A stretch of 64,000 nt of DNA from Octopus vulgaris (taxonomy: Eukaryota). The translations under genes and the position numbers were made by a program. This document shows, in pieces, positions 61,293 to 64,000 of this stretch. Location of the stretch: the NCBI GenBank assembly GCA_951406725.2, contig OX597814.1:190774001-190838000 (forward strand), in the 5' to 3' direction. The first letter of the stretch is position 1. Every line of letters starts with the position of its first letter. The notes under the pieces are model-generated. The model made no database searches. It was not told the DNA's origin and was given only the letters and a program-made list of their open reading frames with translations.

Positions 61293-62220
61293 GAACAAAC
61301 AAGGACAGACAAACAGATTAAGTCGATTACATTGACCCCAGTGCGTAACTGGTACTTAATTTATCGACCCCGAAAGGATGAAAGGCAAAGCCGACCTCAG
61401 CAGAATTTGAACTCAGAACGTAATGGCAGACGAAATACCTATTTCTTTACTACCCACAAGGAGCTAAACAGAGAGAGGACAAACAAGGACAGACAAACGG
61501 ATTAAGTCGATTATATCAACCCCAGTGCGTAACTGGTACTTAATTTATCGACTCCGAAAATATGAAAGGCAAAGTCGACCGTGGCAGAATTTGAACTCAG
61601 AACGTAATGGCAGATGAAATACCTATTTCTTTACTACCCACAAGGAGCTAAACACAGAGAGGACAAACAAGGACAGACAAATGGATTAAGTCGATTACAT
61701 TGACCCCAGTGCGTAACTGGTACTTAATTTATCGACCCCGAAAGGATGAAAGGCAAAGTCTACCTCAGCAGAATTTGAACTCAGAACGTAATGGCAGACG
61801 AAATACCTATTTCTTTACTACCCACAAGGAGCTAAACAGAGAGAGGACAAACAAGGACAGACAAACGGATTAAGTCGATTATATCAACCCCAGTGCGTAA
61901 CTGGTACTTAATTTATCGACTCCGAAAATATGAAAGGCAAAGTCGACCGTGGCAGAATTTGAACTCAGAACGTAATGGCAGATGAAATACCTATTTCTTT
62001 ACTACCCACAAGGAGCTAAACACAGAGAGGACAAACAAGGACAGACAAACAATTTAAGTCGATTATATCGACCCCAGTGCGTAACTGATACTTAATTTAT
62101 CGACCCGAAAGGATGAAAGGCAAAGTCTACCTCGGCGGAATTTGAACTCCGAACATAACGACAGACGAAATACGGCTACACATTTCGCCCAGCGTGCTAA
62201 TGTTTCTGCCAGCTTGCCGT
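61293..62220 (-). repeat. Five-unit head-to-tail array of SINE family B (184-bp period)
   Basis: Unit boundaries atttctttactaccc at 61441, 61625, 61809, 61993; only the right-most unit has the head. Confidence 0.92.
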
Positions 62221-62910
62221 CTCATACCTTGGTGGTTTTATCATGAGTGAGGGCCCCAATAGATTAAAAGCACCTTAATTGAAAACAGACTTGTAAGGGT
62301 CAATGACAGGGAAGGCACTTGACTGTAGAACACTTCCTCAATATGTCTCATCCAACCCACACCAGCATTAGAAAAAGTGACCCTGAATGATGACTAATAT
62401 ATTTGTCTAATCTTGTTGTCTGTAGGATGACTTCCATCCTTTCTTTTCAAGTAGCTACACATTACATGAAAGGCAGATAGACTAATTTGTGTACTTGATC
62501 CACTTTACTGTAATATATAAGCCTATGTTTTTTATCAACATTGTTTGTGAGTCCTGATAATGTACAAGATGAGGAGAACAGGATGATGTTGTGGGAGCCA
62601 TTACTGATTGGAAAACCACTAGTGGTTCTCAACTGAGGGCCCGTATGACCCTTTGTTGTGGTCCGTACTCTCTTTACTCTTTTACTTGTCTCAGTCATTT
62701 GACTGTGGCCAAGCTGGAGCACCGCCTTTAGTCGTGCAAAACGACCCCAGGACTTATTCTTTGTAAGCCTAGTACTTATTCTATTGGTCTCTCTTGCTGA
62801 AGTGCTAAGTTGCGGGGACGTAAACACACCAGCATTGGTTGTCAAATGATGTTGGAGGGACAATCACAGACACACAAATATATATACACACATACATATA
62901 TATATGTGTA

Positions 62911-62956
<46 letters not shown>

Positions 62957-63499
62957 GAAATGAGGTAATCAGAAGATCGGATGGTTCATGTTTATAGATA
63001 TTTATTTATATATTACATTTTTTACATATATATATCATATCATTCAGATCATATCATTCAGATTATTAGCGCTTTCTCCCATTCCAGTGGGGTTTTCAAA
63101 TCAAATTAATTCCTTTGTGGGGAATTTGATCATTTTATAGAGTTTCGTAGTAGTGAGGAGGAACAAGACAGTATAAGAGGGTGAGGTGGATGAGGAGGAA
63201 GTGAGAGAGAGAACATGTGTGTATGTATGTGTGTGTGTGTGTGTGTGTGTGTGCGTTTGTATCTGAGGCTAAAGAGAAAAAGGGGAACGGAGAGGGAAGA
63301 AGAAGAATATATACATATATATATACATGACAGACTTCTTTCAGTTTCCGTCTACCAAATCCACTCATAAGGCTTTGGTCGGCCCGAGGCTATAGTAGAA
63401 GACACTTGCCCAAGGTGCCACGCAGTGGTACTGAACCCGGAACCATGTGATTCATAAGCAAGCTACTTACCACACAGCCACTCCTACGCCTGTGTTAAA

Positions 63500-63695
63500 T
63501 TTAATACTTATTTATTTACATTGTTTTGAATTAATCATGCATTATTATCTCATAGCTTTGAGATTTTTATGATGTGATTGTTTATTTTTAGAGTGACATT
63601 TTAGGGTAGGTGTGAAAGGTGGATCTGGTCAGTTTGAACATAACATGGATAAAATATCTGGGTTAGATATGGCCAATTTAAATGCTAAGGGGTGA
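63500..63695. mobile_element. Repeat family also at ~39950-40160 and ~46495-46650; possible piggyBac-like MITE
   Basis: Shared tctcatagctttgagattt...gatatggc sequence; the 46495 copy starts TTAACCCTTT. Confidence 0.5.
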
Positions 63696-64000
63696 AACAA
63701 CAACAATTTTTTAGTTGGTAGATTGGCGGTGTCATTAGAGCAGTGTGTGGTATTTGTTTTGAATTTCTGAAGTCTAAGTTCAAATCCTACCATGGACAAC
63801 TTTCATCTGTTTGGAATCGATAAAAATGTACCAATCCAGGGCAATGGATTGATGGAACTGTAAGGATGTTGGGCTGGATTCCTCGTGGCATTTGTTTCAG
63901 TCCTTTGTGCTCCTGAATTCAAATCCTACCAACACCAGCTTTCAAGGACAATAAAATAACATTCCTGTCTCACTCAGTCATTTCCTTGTTCAATGGGGCT

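Noticed and set aside
61293-62220. CRISPR-like regular repeat
   Set aside because: Eukaryotic context, no unique spacers; units are SINE bodies.
62400-64000. Final CEP95 exon
   Set aside because: No phase-0 exon resembling the CEP95 C-terminal coiled coil was found; it is presumed to lie beyond the window.

Overview
AT-rich, repeat-dense eukaryotic DNA; the (TA)n/(CA)n/(TACA)n expansions and the SINE/LINE repertoire suggest an octopus (inference). Most ORFs in the supplied track are microsatellite or SINE artefacts. One gene was assembled by hand on the + strand: CEP95 (CCDC45). It has 17 coding exons from ATG 21645 to 60823 (2007 nt, 669 codons), every splice phase is compatible, and the last exon lies beyond the window. 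A probable non-coding first exon ends at 14166, behind a compact promoter with E2F, RFX X-box, CCAAT and CHR motifs. The intron between coding exons 16 and 17 (58852-60738) is a U12-type AT-AC intron. The rest is transposon-derived: CR1 and RTE LINE 3' ends, three tRNA-headed SINE families, Tc1/mariner remnants, foldback MITEs, and a composite Helitron carrying a mariner fragment that occurs twice. The least expected signal is a set of unrelated foldback elements, mostly beside TA microsatellites, that carry outward-facing type I hammerhead ribozyme motifs of the Penelope-associated kind, including compensatory U3-A8 core variants. One such motif lies about 250 bp upstream of the CEP95 X-box. 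All calls were read by eye; no database search or folding program was run.
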